This document shows positions 24,535-38,200 of a DNA stretch of 64,000 nt, piece after piece; the first letter of the stretch is position 1; each line of letters starts with the position of its first letter. Below the pieces are notes generated by a model. It was not told the origin of the DNA. It searched no databases and saw only the letters and a program-made list of their open reading frames with translations. A program made the position numbers and the translations under genes. This DNA is from Convolutriloba macropyga (Eukaryota), in contig NC_134475.1 in assembly GCF_964194025.1 (NCBI RefSeq), positions 50,096,001 to 50,160,000 of the forward strand, written 5' to 3'.

Positions 24535-24612
24535 GTGAAGAAATTCAAGATGTTACGACACCCTGGAGTAACAGAGGAGGACGAGGGGGGTGATGAGGAC
24601 GATTACTTCTGA
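24535..24612 (+). CDS. terminal coding exon of the same uncharacterised gene
   Basis: ttaacag|GTG AAG AAA TTC... phase 0, encodes VKKFKMLRHPGVTEEDEGGDEDDYF-stop; in phase with the 12752 donor. Confidence 0.65.
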   Translation: MKKFKMLRHPGVTEEDEGGDEDDYF

Positions 24613-25444
24613 CATCCTCTGAAGCTCAAACGCTTTCATTGATGGTTAAACTTCTTAAAGCTATGTGAAAATCAAATGTGTCAATTGTGCAAAGATAAAT
24701 TAATTTGGAGATTGAATAAAAATAATACTTGTGTCTAGAATGATTACTTTTGTTTTCTCTAATTTTTGAAGATTGGTAATTTAAATATCTAAATGCTCTG
24801 CTTTTACGACAGAACACTGCTCTCGATATTAGTTTAATAAGATTTTAGCTTGACATTTAAGTATTTAGATCATTTCCGCTTTTTAATCAAATTCTCCGTC
24901 TTATTTCCTCTTAGAGTTGAAGCATTTTGAAGCATTGATGTTTTTTGAAGCATTTGGGCTATAGGCGTTTGCTGATTAGGTTGGTTTCCAACCAGTCAAT
25001 CTTTACCCAACTGTCCTAAATATAGCTGACAGTTGCTTGAAACCACTTCAGTTCGTTTTGGTTTCATTGTTGAAGCAAGCTGTTGAAAAACTTTTGATAA
25101 AGTTAAAAAATGGCAACACAAATCTAGAACCACATATTATTGACTTCCTGAGGTTTTTGTCAGCATTAAATTAGCTTGACCTAAATAGAATCACTTGATA
25201 AGCATGGCTATGTTAAGGTACTCTGATGAGGTCACTTAGAAAAACTGGTGTTCGTCGGGAAACGCGTAGCTGTTTGAGATGAAAGTCAGAATTTCAAAAT
25301 GTATATAGCACTTGAGCAGAGTAACGCTATTTAGCTTTAGACACGGAATTTGGAGATTTAAAAGCTGTCACTGAGTGTCAGAAAATCTGGCGTTGTGTGT
25401 GAAATAGACAGATTTCGAATAGTTTTGAAAAAAAGCAGTAAATA

Positions 25445-26221
25445 CACTATAGTACCAAAAAGCTACGTACAACACAATTTGTGCGCTTTAAGCGTTACTT
25501 TTGCTCAAAGCGTTTGATTGTCGGAAAAGCGTGAAGAAAGGCGTGAAAATTTTAAGTTTTAAACGCGATTTCATTCTAATTTTTTCCGCTTACACAGAAA
25601 AGAAGGTTACGCTGCTTTGTTAATTCACTGTTTGCCATGCTGTTGCGATTGGAAACGCCCAATGTTGATAGTCAGAAAACAAGTGACTCAGCCTAAAATC
25701 AAGATAGCAGTTTCAAGACAGTATACAGTATGCATACAAGCTACAACAAAGGTGTACCAGGCTTAGGGCGTCTCTAGCGAAGGAATTGTTCGAGTTGTTT
25801 GGAGAAATTACACGAGATTTTTTGGCAACTTTTTGATTTTTCACAAGCAATCACTCATCTCGTGGGGTAAAAACATCAGATGAGCGGACACTGTTTGTTA
25901 GGTGATCAAACAAGCTTAAGGGCCCAGTTCGCATGGAATCGTTGAAAAATTACGAAAAAGAACTTCATTTTCGAAAACTTATTTTTCATCAAGATGATGC
26001 TTCTGTGCATAAAGCAAAGGTTGTCAACAAATTCTTCAAAGAAGAGGAGAGGGAGGTACTGAAATGGTGGTTCATAAACTGTCTACCATATGTTAGAAAA
26101 ACTAGGAGCCTAACTTCCCGTTATTAGAGAACTAATTTGAACTCAAAATGTTGTATTATTTGATGTTTGTGCAGCTTTTAAATTTTTTTTTTGGTGTACG
26201 TAGCTTTTTGGTACTATAGTG
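25445..26221 (+). mobile_element. Tc1/mariner internal-deletion derivative (777 bp)
   Basis: Perfect 27-bp TIRs CACTATAGTACCAAAAAGCTACGTACA, TA on both flanks; transposase remnant FHQDDASVHKAK...VLKW (second catalytic D region) at 25933..26127. Confidence 0.92.
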
Positions 26222-27465
26222 TATATTGACAACATGAATGACAGGCAGCGCATCATTTGCAGTTTATCAGTTGATGTTAAAGCGTAAACTAGCCCTCAAT
26301 AAAACAAAGAACAATTTGATAATAAATCTAAATTAGGTCAACCTAGTTATAAGTTCGTTAGCTAACGAATCGAACGTTAGATAACAACCAAATGTTGCGC
26401 ACAATTTTAATCTAAGAAAGTGTAAGGACTGCTGCTTTCGAGGGCAAATTGGTTATTCTGCATTCTTATGCATTTTTTTTGTTCAACAGCAGTCAACCAC
26501 AAAATAGCCAAAATAACTTGCTGAGTGAAAATTATGTTAAATGCCAGTGAACACGACTAGTTTGAAAACGAGTACTTTTAGACAACCACTAATAAATTTT
26601 AGTCTTTCTGTAATTGAAAGAATGTCGCAGTTGTTCTCAAGAGTTGTGGTTCGTGGTTCTACTGTAAAGTTGTTTTTCGTGCGCCATGAAAATCTCGGCT
26701 GCTTTTTGGGGAAACGCCGAGCTCACCCAAGGAAAAGAGAATTCTGCTAAGGCTTCAGATTGAAAGCACCAGTGCTTATCTTTGACTTCTTACCTGATGA
26801 AGTGGGAAAACTTTGGTTGTTGACGCAATTCAGAAAAACCACTCAAGGTGTTAATTCCTCCAAGATTTTTTTTGTTATCTGACCAAAATGGAAGAACCAA
26901 AATAATTGACAAGAAAGGACTACTGCACATGAGGAGAATGAAATGGACTGCTATTGTGCTGATGATCAGAGTTATGATAACCAAGTTGATTGCCCTTTGC
27001 CACACTTAGATATTGGTTTGATCGGCTTCTTGGTTTGATCGTGAGGTACTGAAAAACCTAACAAGTGAAAAAATGTCTCTAGTTTCTTACTTAGCCTTCG
27101 AAAGCTGAAAATCCGAGCGGCTATGAGTATTGTTATTCAATCGACGATTTGCCCATTTTTATACAAATAGAACAAATTTTTGCGTTGTTTGGAATAGATG
27201 ATTTACCCTCTTGAATATTTTTATTAATTTGTCTAAGTAACAGAAAAATGAAGCAAACACATAAAAAGCACTATGATAGCAATAAACTCCCCGTCGTTGT
27301 TATTAGTATTCATATGGTTTTCTCAGAAAACTCCCAAAAATTCAATTTTTAGACTAAAGGATTGTGAAGTTCCGTTTGTTTGCTTTCTGAACATCGTTTT
27401 TGTTTTTTGCCCAAAAGCAATATGCGCGGATTCATCATCTTTTCGAATAATTTTAAAAAGCAAGG

Positions 27466-29155
27466 AAAACATTCACGGAAGATTACCCAGAAATAGCCAC
27501 CGTTGATTTCCATAACCAACATTAGGACTGAAAAAAGAAAAAAACTAATGAAAAAATGATTTTTGTACACAATTTAAAAGTGCAAACTAATTTGCTGTCA
27601 TTTTGGAGCTGAACAAACTCCTGTTTTGTGAGAAAACACAGACTAGTATATACCAATAAGTAACAACGATGGTAACTAAGAACAAAGTTCGAATAACACG
27701 CATCTAAAATTGGGCTTGATGAATTAATCCCGATTCTTTTTCTTATTCCGTATTTTGATTCTTTCTCTAATCATTTTTAACTGCTGCCTAAAACACTTTT
27801 AGCTGAACGAGAGAGGAGTGAAACTAGCCTAGAGAAGTCAAAAAGATTTCAAGCGAAATGTTGAACAAGCTGTAAACTAAGTAAGTTACAGCAAAAAAAA
27901 TTTTTGATCGACGGAGTAAAAAAACATAGCACGACAAAAACTGACGTACAATCCAAAGAATTTTCATTGACTAGACAAAAACTAGAACGGACTATAAGAG
28001 GATTGGGAAAACCGTTTAAAAAAGCTGATCAAAAAAATTGAAAAAACAGTAAAAGCCAAAGTGACATTGACGCATGTGAACAAAAAACCACTAGCGGACG
28101 CATGTGAACAAAAAACCACTAGCGGGAAAGCGAATTTTTGTTCAAACTCCGTTTTCTCACTCTACTTTAACTTCTTTGAATTGTATTTAAAAACATAGCC
28201 CGAAGAATTCCGGAAACGACTCGAAGAGGGAAATCCACTCAAACGCCATCCAACTACTCATCAGACAAAACGTCCCTCCATTAATTTATGATTATCTTGA
28301 CAAAAAAACCATAAAACAAAAAAAGTAAAACAAGAAAATCAAATCTGTTACATTATGATAAAAAATCTGATCAAACTTTGTCATAAATTTAGATCCCGAA
28401 ATAACTATCTCTGCCAAAATTACTCCATCAAAACAACTAGTACCTACTAAAACCACTTATGAGATTTTTTTAAAAAATACTTGAAGCCAAATAATGAAAG
28501 AATAAGCTCTTACACACAACTTTTTATATTACAAAAGCACTTAAATCCAAAGAAAAATTCCTTTGCCATTTTTTGTCATATTGTTCAATAAAAAATGCTT
28601 TATATCCACAAAACTGCAACCACTTGTTATCTAAAAATTGCTCAAGTCATAGGGGGTCTTTTCAATACCCATTTAAGGCAGTAAAACAAAACAATCGTCG
28701 AAAAATCGCAAATTTAGCCTAAAATCAGCAAAATACATGAAAAACCCCGAATTTGCATAAAGCTCATATGAATTTCCAAGACTTCAAACCACTAACAAAT
28801 CCAGCTTCAAATTAAAACGAGATCATAAAACCTCAACCAAAAAAATTTTAAAAAAACTGCTTCGACATGCCGCACGTGAACAAAAAATTTTGCTAGCTTA
28901 CAGAATTTTGTTTTCACATCAATTTCTCGCTCTCTAGAAAACAGCGATATGAACAAAAAACCGCTCTCTTATCGCTCCACTCTTCATTTTGTTCAGCAAC
29001 AAAATCACTCAAAATTTTTTCACGTGTTTCATTTCCTGCTTCAAAATTCACTCCAATAAAATTGATTAAAAAAGGACTCCTCCAATACTCCTCTTCGAGT
29101 CGTAAAAAGATAGGAGCGCTATAATAGCCGGCTGAGAAGCTGAGGCGGCTATTAA
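27466..29155 (-). mobile_element. HINE/DINE-1-like element family A, copy 1 (both ends)
   Basis: On +, degenerate hairpin plus AATAGCCACC at left, and ATAATAGCCGGCTGAGAAGCTGAGGCGGCTATTAA at right; body shared with the other copies. Confidence 0.78.
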
Positions 29156-31469
29156 TCAAAAAACATTTAGTGCTTTCCTAGTGTTCGAGTTTGATAACTT
29201 CGCTCGACCCCAGGTTCTCGCTAACATTAAAACATTTGGTTAAGTATGTTTTCGTTCTTTCCTAACGCATAATTCCAAGTTGACTCAAATTAGAATACTT
29301 ATATCAAAGGTGTCTGAATTGAGTCGCAACTCCAAAGAGTTTCCGTCAACTAATAACAAAAAATGTAATTAGAAAGGTAGCACTCAATAGTCAGTAGGGG
29401 TAGATCGGCTATGATCAAAAACATTTAGTTCATATCCCCACAACCGTACGCTGATAATTGAATAACGTCATAATGGTTCAGTGTCGCATTCATTAAACAT
29501 TCATTAAACACTCTCGAATGATTGGTGAAGGTGTTGGCTTTTTCAGTCACTAGCTTAAGGTTAGCGAGCCTTTTATTTCTGAGTGCCAGAAAGGGGGCGA
29601 GGGGCAAAAACGAATACACACAAGCTCACAAGGTGGCGGAAAGGTATCTCCCAGCCAACTCTTGCCTCTTTCAGGTTTCTTTCCACTGTTCGGAGGAGCG
29701 CGTGGAGTGCGTGGGTGGTGATAGGCAGGGTAGGGAGGGGGTGATCCAAGAATCACAGGGTTGTGCTGAATGGCATACTCAAGACTGGTAGGGCTCTAAG
29801 AGCACTGCTCAGTGAATCAAAACCCTCGAGCTCTACGTTTCTCAAGAGTGAAAATCCTAAAAATTTCTCGGACCAAAACCCTTCAAACAGATAATTTGTC
29901 GTATGAAGATTTGCATAAACAGACGAACACTACTAAAATTAACTGCAACAACCTTGGTTTGCGAGCAACTAATAATAAATTTCCGTGTCATTCTCACGCG
30001 CAAATGAGATTAGTGCAAAAAACGGAAAATCAAACATCTTCCCACTGGATTTTTTTTCCGGAAATAATCGATTTTAGAAAATAATCCATCCGTCAAAATG
30101 CCAATGACTATTAAGTGTCAATTTCTACTAAATAAAAACAACCAGATATAGAAAATCAAAAAGTAACCCCACCCCACTTTCTTTTTCACCACGTATCCGA
30201 AAAAGTAACAAAAAGTGAACAGCTTAAAAATTTTAAGTAATCATGGACGACTACTCATAGACGAGTTAAACTATTCTCAAACTTCACACATTCAACCATT
30301 TCAACGAACCTGTTCGCAGCTAAAACATCCAATTGGTCATTTTGACACCATTATTTGCGTACTTTGAAGGCGAGCAACATCAATTGCAATTGTGGGAAAA
30401 CTGAAAATTAAAGCAAATACGGTCCCCCCTTTTTTCTTATTCAGCATGATAAAATTTTCTTACGTAATGGGTTAATTGGACTGCTAGTTATTTCACATCA
30501 CCCTTTACAACGGAAAGAAATGTCTCCGGAAAGAAACAATTAGACGCCTCCCTGCTTTGACGCGTGTCTTTGTATTCACATCCTCGGGGAAATAATAACT
30601 TATTATTAACAAATCCATCGAATATTTTTGTATTAACTTTATTCGCAACAAAATCCTATCAAAACTAATAAGTCATCGCTCGCTTTAATTGGACCGTGGC
30701 AACAGTAGAGCGTTTGTAATAATCAATTGTTATTTCATATAATTAGACACAGTTAAATTTATGGAAATAACAACTCGTGATCAAATTTCAGCGAGCAGGA
30801 ATAACATAATAGGTTGAAGAGCAATATAGCATAAACAGTCAAAATCTACTTTTTCAACACACCTATTAATTACAAGTGACTATTGTGAATTATGTACAAG
30901 TGTGTAATTCTTAATTATGCCGCACAGCCGTTGAGCAGCTACTTTGTTACTGTTCCTAATTCAGCTAATTAGCAGTAAACAATTGAGTATTTTCAGGAAA
31001 AGCGCTGATGAAAAGTACAACACTAATAGGATAATTGGCACGCCCATTTAATATATCAGGGATCTTTTTAACAATCACCTCCCCTGTTCCAGGGAGAGGG
31101 AGAGGGGCAATTTTTGAATGGAATATAAGCGAGCAATTTATAGATCACAACTCATATGAACCGAAGGCTTGGGTGCACGATAATTAATTTAGCATTGAGT
31201 GTATTTTTTGGGGGGGGGGGGGGGGGTTGGATCAATTTTTTAGTAAAGAGGAGGCGATTGTTGAAAAGATTCCATTTCAGTTCATGTTTTTTTTTTTGGT
31301 TTTTTATACTTTCTACAGTTCAAAACCTTCAGTTTTAAAATCTATATAGTTGTTCACTTGTCGTAGGCGCCTAGGATCCAATTCCACATGACAAAACTCC
31401 AAAATTACATCCCAATATATGCATTTTACTATGATTGACAATTTCGTAAATTGTTTTTTTAGCGTTAGC

Positions 31470-32650
31470 TCATTTGCACTTCTTGTACAATTCCGAGACT
31501 TTTCCGCCACTAACAACCACATAGTTAACAATAAGCATTAGATACAACACAGTGTTAGCAACAAGCAATTTATGCAACCTATACAAATAGCAGACAAACG
31601 AAAAGTATATACCGCACAAAAATATAACACTGACTATTTTGCTAATCAGCCTGTTGTGATAAAACCTAAAATTGGCCAGGTGTGCTTTGCATGTATCGGG
31701 GGACACTAACTTTACAGCTAAATGGGTACAATAAACAAATATACAGGCGACTGCATTTGGAAATGTCGGGTCAGAGTAGATGTAGTTTGGCTGTTTGTCT
31801 TTCAACAAGGCGACCATGAACAAAACATTGGGCAATGAGTTTATACAGCAAAATAGGAACCCTAATTTGTGAAGTCTAACTTCGGAATCACTGATGATAT
31901 GAGCACCTAAAACGAGCTTTTCACATTTAGCTTGATTAATTTGGCAACTATCGACTGAAGATCTTTTCAACATCGAGCACAAAGATTCTCTAATTGATTT
32001 GCATCGAAATTCAGAGAGTGAGCAGCGAATAGTTAACAGAAATAGAAGAGCCAAACTTAAAACTGCCGCTAAGCTTGGAAACACATAGCTGAGAAATGTT
32101 AATAGCACCATTTGAAATATACTGGTATTAAACTTGAAAATTGGCCGCAGAATTAAAATCAGTTTTGTAAATGGAATAACAAAGCACAAGAGTTCCACTA
32201 AAAATTCAACTATTAAAACTAATAGAGCGATGACTACCCATCCAGTTATGAACATGATGATCGGAGTCCAATTTTGAAACAATTCCTCATCAACTGCAAA
32301 CTTCAAATCAAAGGATGACAAAGCGGTTTCCTCCTTTTTAAAACCTCGCATCATTATTGATAGAGATGACGTCACGGCTATTGTGAACATTAGCTCAAGG
32401 AAGAAATTGAGTTTGAAACAGGAGCTAGGGAGTATTCCCTCGAAATGATCGGCGATGTTGCAGTGGAGCAGTATCATGATGATGATGAGCAAGTACGTGG
32501 GTAGAGACGTGACTTGGGACCTGATGTAGTGGAACCACCCGAAGATGGAGTTTGATAACTTGAAACTGACTGGACAACCGATGGGTTTCACTGTTTTGAG
32601 GGTAAAGGAGGAGTAGGGCAGCCATGATACCAATAACAGGTGATTATCTC
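31470..32650 (-). CDS. PGAP1: PGAP1 terminal exon (multi-pass TM domain, C-terminal KKCK dilysine signal)
   Basis: atttag|GA GAT phase-1 acceptor; GCPVSFKLSNSIFGWFHYIRSQVTSLPTYLL resembles the PGAP1 pre-TM segment; many hydrophobic helices; ends ELYKKCK-stop. Confidence 0.85.
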
Positions 32651-35226
32651 CTAAATCATTATACCAGTACACACTTTTAGGTGAAAGCCGTTTATATGAA
32701 TCTGAAACTTTAAGCCACGCAAAACAAATACCAATCCCACCGAAACCAAATTTTTTTTGGAATAATTTCATACCAAAATCCAGCATATGCTCTCAACATC
32801 AAATAGGTTTACAAATGAAAGACGGATACTTTGTATCAAACAATCAATTTAAAACTAAACGGCGTTTTATCCTTCTATAAGTTGCCCATTAGTTCGATAG
32901 ATATAGTTAAGTTCCAGAACAAGAAACATACCCGGCAGACGGCCGGAAAATAGCCGCCGTTGATTCCCATAACTCTATTGGGATTGAAAGAAAAGAAAAT
33001 ATCAACAAAACTTGATTTTTGTATAAAAACATTTTTAAGTGCGATTTATTTTGATGTCATATCGTAAATGAACATACTCATGTCTCTCAGTGAGAGGCTA
33101 CAGGGTCTAGTATCAATACCAACAAGCATTATAGATAGTATCTAAAACTCATGCGAACAAAGTTCAAGTACCGGGCATCTAAAAATGGGCTTTATGGGTT
33201 TATCCCGTTTCTATTTCTGACTTTGATTTTTTTATACTGACTCTCTTTATTTTGAATTGCTCTGCTGAGCAGCTGCTGTTTAAAAGGACTTTGAGCGGAA
33301 TGACAGAAGAGTGAAACTAGCCTAGAGAAGTCAAAACGATTCCATGCAAAATGTCGAAAAAGCGGCAAAATGGGAAAGCGAAAAAAAAGTTCGACGAAGT
33401 AAAAAAAATAGTAGGACAAGTTCTGAAATACAATTCAAAGAATTGAATAAAAAACTTAAAAGTACTCTACCTGACCAGCAGATCAATTCAACAAAACCAG
33501 CCAAAACACAAACAAACTCATCTCAAAAAATTGAGAATCTAAAACAATCGAACAAACTAAAGAAAAACATACTCATTACTAGAACTCTTGAAGCTTTTAC
33601 TGCTTAGGCAGAATTTCATCCCATAAAATATACTTGTTTCAAAAATATGTTCAAGGCAAGTTTTATTTTTGAAATTGGTCCAGTATTATATCTGCATGAC
33701 CTGAACAAAATCATTGTCCCTTGAAGATCGATTAACTCAAAAATGACCGAAAAATTTAAAAGAAATCAATAGCAAACTGTAATGAAGTTTTGCTGAAAAT
33801 CAGGATATTACAATCTTCAGAATCATTTCTGTGTCTCTAGAGGCTATCCATTAATCAAATTCCAAGCACTAAAAAATTCATTGGGTCAAAGATCGATAGG
33901 CAAAAGTTTTCAAAAAATCTTAAATTTCAAAAATAGAAATTCGTTCTATTAAAATGTTGAAACCCATTCAATTGCACACTAGCAATTATCTAATAACAGA
34001 CTATCAAACCCTGGATGAGGTTAGCTGGCTACCGCGGCAAGAAAAACTGAATAAAAGTAAAATGTTTTGAAAATTGCAATTTTAATCAAAAAATTTCTAA
34101 TATTCTAAAGGCTAAATTGTTGAAAACAAATCCATTGAAACTAACAACCATGCCGTAAATTTTTATCAGACCGTGGAATAGGTTTTCTGGCACTTGAGAA
34201 TGGAGAAATATCAAAAATTGACAAAAACTTTAGGCCAACTTGAAAAAATTGCAGATTTTATTTTAAAAAAATGCCGAATTTCGAGAAATGTTGGAAATCA
34301 ATCCATTATTGCTAAAAGACAATCAGTGCTCTATTATAAAACAACAAAGGACGTTTCCTGGCCGCTGAAGCTCGAAAAACTCAAACATACTCGGCAGATT
34401 GCCGGAAAATAGCCGCCGTTGATTCCAATAAGCATGATTGGGATTGAACGAATAGAATATATTGAAAAAAAAAAGATTTTTGTACAAAAATATTTTTTAA
34501 GTCCGATTTATTTTGATGGCATTTCGTAGTTGAACATACTTCTGTTTCTTAGAGAGAGGCTACAGGGGCTACTATCAACTCCAATAAGCAATAGAGGTGG
34601 TAACTAAGACTTATAGGAACGACGTTCAAATAGCGGGCATCTAAAATTGGGCTTTATGGGTTTATCCCGTTTCTATTTCTGACTTCAATTTTTTATACCG
34701 ACTCTGTTCATTTTGAATTGCTTTGCTTAGCAACTGATGTTCAAATTCACTTTTAGCAGAATGAGAGAAGAGAGAAACTAGCCTAGAGAAGTCAAAAAGA
34801 TTTCACGCAAAATTTCGAAAAAGCGGCAAAATGGTAAAGCGAAAAAAAGTTTGACGAAGTAAAAAAAAAATACGAGCGCAATAATAGCCGGCTGAGAAGA
34901 TGAGGGCGGCTATTAATAAATGACAAAAATTTTCAAAAAATTTGTAGTATTTGTAGTACCAAAATATCTAGCACATAAAATGGTCATAACAGGTCATTTT
35001 TGTCTCACAATAGGCCTTCATCAATTTTCAAAAACTTCAACTTAAGACTAATCAAACAAATAGAAAACAATCACAAAAAACATGAAAAATTGCAACATTT
35101 TGAGCCCAAAAACTAAAAATGACCTTTACCTGTTTATCCCGTTTTGAAAGATCAAAGTCATTGAAAAATGTGTGAACACATCATAAAAAACACAGCGACC
35201 CAATACAATTCAAATTCTTTGAATTG

Positions 35227-35274
<48 letters not shown>

Positions 35275-38200
35275 CAAAGACTAATTAGAACACGGGGCAT
35301 CTAAACCTGGGCGTCATGAGTTTATCCCGTTTAATTTTTTCATTTTTGATTCTTCTGCTGAGCAACTACTGTTTAAAACTACTTTCAGCAGAATGAGAGG
35401 CGAGAGCAACTGGCATAGTCATGACGATTTTACGCAAAATGTCAAAAAAACCGGCAAAAGAATTTTCCAGTAAAATCAAAGTATGACAGTTAACACAGGA
35501 CATTGATTTGTATGAAAAAACAAAAAAGAATAAAACAATTTAGTTTTTAAAAAGCAACACTATATAAAGACTGCCATTACGCGTCCCTAGATTGAGTACA
35601 CAGCACTACCAGCTTGTGGAATCAATAATAGACAATGCAAAAATGGGCAAAAATAGAAACTTAGCGAAAATCAGCATGTTTTTGAAATCCAGCGGTGTAC
35701 CAGCAAAAAGGACAAAAATACATAACAAATCCCTTATGGACAGCTTTATTTACGACTTTAGAAGTAAAAATAAAGCCATCGGCAGTTCCGTTGGCTCAAA
35801 AAGGGACAAAAAAAACAACAGATGAAGGCAAAGGTAAAAACTTCATAAAACCTTTAAAAAACATACCCGGCAGATTACCGGAAAATAGCCGCCGTTGACT
35901 CCAATAAGCATGATTGGGATTGAAATAACAGAAGATATTGAAAAAAAAAAAGATTTTTGTGCAAAAACATTTTTTTAAGTCCTATTTATTTTGATGGCAT
36001 TTCGTGGTTGAACATACTTCTGTTTTAGAGAGAGGCTACAGGGGCTACTATCAATACCAAAAAGCATTAGAGATGGTAACTAAGACTTATAGGAACGACG
36101 TTCAATTAGCGGGCATCTAAAATTGGGCTTTATGGGTTTATCCCGTTTCTATTTATGGGTTTATCCCGTTTCATTGCTTTACAAAGTAACTGCCGTTTAA
36201 ACGCATTTTTAGCAGACCGAGAGAAGAGATAAACTAGCCTAGAAAGATCGAGCCTAAAAGCTGTAAAATAAGGCGATACGGATTAAAAGACAAACAATGA
36301 CAAGTCGTAAATCAAAATCTACGAAGCATAATCAGATAATTACCTGCCAGACAGATATGTTTGCACTAACAACAGCTTTCGGTTGTCAAAAGAGATTAAA
36401 TCTTCCTCCAGGAAAACTAGCAGCGACAAAATCAGTGATCTAAGTCAACACGTTAAAAAACAGTGTTCAAACTACGCATCCTTAAAAAATGTACGTCATT
36501 TTACGCACATACTAACAATGCGGAGAAGCAATGGGATGCAGAAATAACAAAATTATTTAATAAAAACAAGTAGAGTCAAATTCAATAAAGGTACCTAAAA
36601 ATTCAAACATGCGATCACATTCAACAAGAAAAGGCAGGAATAAATTTCTAATAATTTTAATAATGCGAGAGCGCTAAAACTAACAAACGAAGGCAAGTTT
36701 TAAACATTCACTAGAACTGTTCGAAAAACATCAATCAGTCAATCAAAACATTAGCTACCAGCTGAAATAGCATTGACAAGATTGATGGATGCCACATTTG
36801 CTGGACGATGAAACCCGTTATCATTTGAGATTACAAGACACGAAAAAAATAATACGGGCAACAGGCAAAAAATCTACGGATAATTAGAAACCTAATTTAA
36901 CTATGTTTCGGATAAAATCAAGAAAATACAGTGATAAATCCATAAAACGCATGAGTTATAAAATCAAAAAATCTAAAATATAGTGAAATATTTTCATCAC
37001 AAAGCCAATGAGACCTGTCATTAATGCAACTGAATAACAACACAACAAAAAGATAAACAAATAAAGGCAAAAATTCTGAAAATACAAAATTTGTGAAACA
37101 ATACGCTATCAACAGAAAATTAATAAATATGCTAATTCCACATTAAAAACATTGAAACGGCACCTGAAACGACGATAATCTTTAAAAACACAAGGAAAAC
37201 TCACTTCATTTTTTTTATAACAGAGCAACAGAAAAACGATAGACTACATAATGAGGGAAGAGATTAAAAGCAAGAATCAACCATCAGAACACATAGATTA
37301 CCCTGAATTAGAAATTTAAAATCTAAAGAGAATTTAAAATCTTAAAAGAAAATGTTAAAGAGAGACTCCGGAACCAACTCAAAGTGAAACCTGGCTCTAA
37401 CCACGAACTACCCATTTAATCACCTAATCATCATCGTTCAATTGCTAAATTCGAAAAAGAGAAAAAAAAACAAAAATTCTTAAATAAATCTCAACAGGTT
37501 TAATAATTTTCAATTGACTTTATGATACAAAATTTGTTCATTTAATGAGTTACTACAAAGTAGACACCGTGAAAAACGGACTCTAATGACAAAAGGTAAA
37601 AATTCGAAATCCCATCATTCCTTTTCACGAAATTGTCCACAGTGACATCAAGGTCGTAAACATTAAAATGTGGCAGTTCACAAAATACTCTCAAAAAACT
37701 TCTGTTCTCAATCAGTGACTACTTACGCGCTCCAGGACAGCAAAAAAACAAACGCACAGTCAAAAAGCGAAAATGTAACAGCACAAATTTTATCATTTAT
37801 TTCGCTAAATACTGGCCTATGAAACATTCAAAAGACTCTTTTTAGCAACGCATCCCCTATAACAGATCTAAATGAACAATTTCACAAAAGACAATGTTCC
37901 GAAAAACACAAAAAAAGCAGAAACAAAAGAGGGGAAAATAACCAAAAATGGAGAAAAACTAGTGTGGAATTAGACTTAAGTTAATCATTTTTTTTCAATA
38001 AAAACACAACTGATTCCCTTCAATTGAAGAGGCAGTTGGAACTACCTGGAAGACTAACTGTCATAGCGAAAATATCCATAGACTGCTGCAAATTCAGAAC
38101 TAACACAGAAACTAATAGAGAAAAAGACGAAAATAGCTCAAAATCTTAAAATTAAATAATAAATAAATGCTCGAAATGCTCAAAAATGATCCAAAACTTA

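Noticed and set aside
25215-25275. Type I hammerhead ribozyme (CTGATGA...GAAACGCGTA), Penelope-like
   Set aside because: Core boxes are present, but I could not form stems I and II; at best a decayed relic.
26790-27050. Hydrophobic minus-strand exon-like segment with splice-like ends
   Set aside because: In-frame stop after the acceptor, no partner exons, no recognisable family.
31209-31227. Poly-G run as a regulatory G-quadruplex
   Set aside because: Simple homopolymer with no supporting context.
32651-32786. N-terminal part of the 438-aa ORF as a standalone membrane protein start
   Set aside because: Better explained as intron read-through upstream of the PGAP1 terminal-exon acceptor at 32650.
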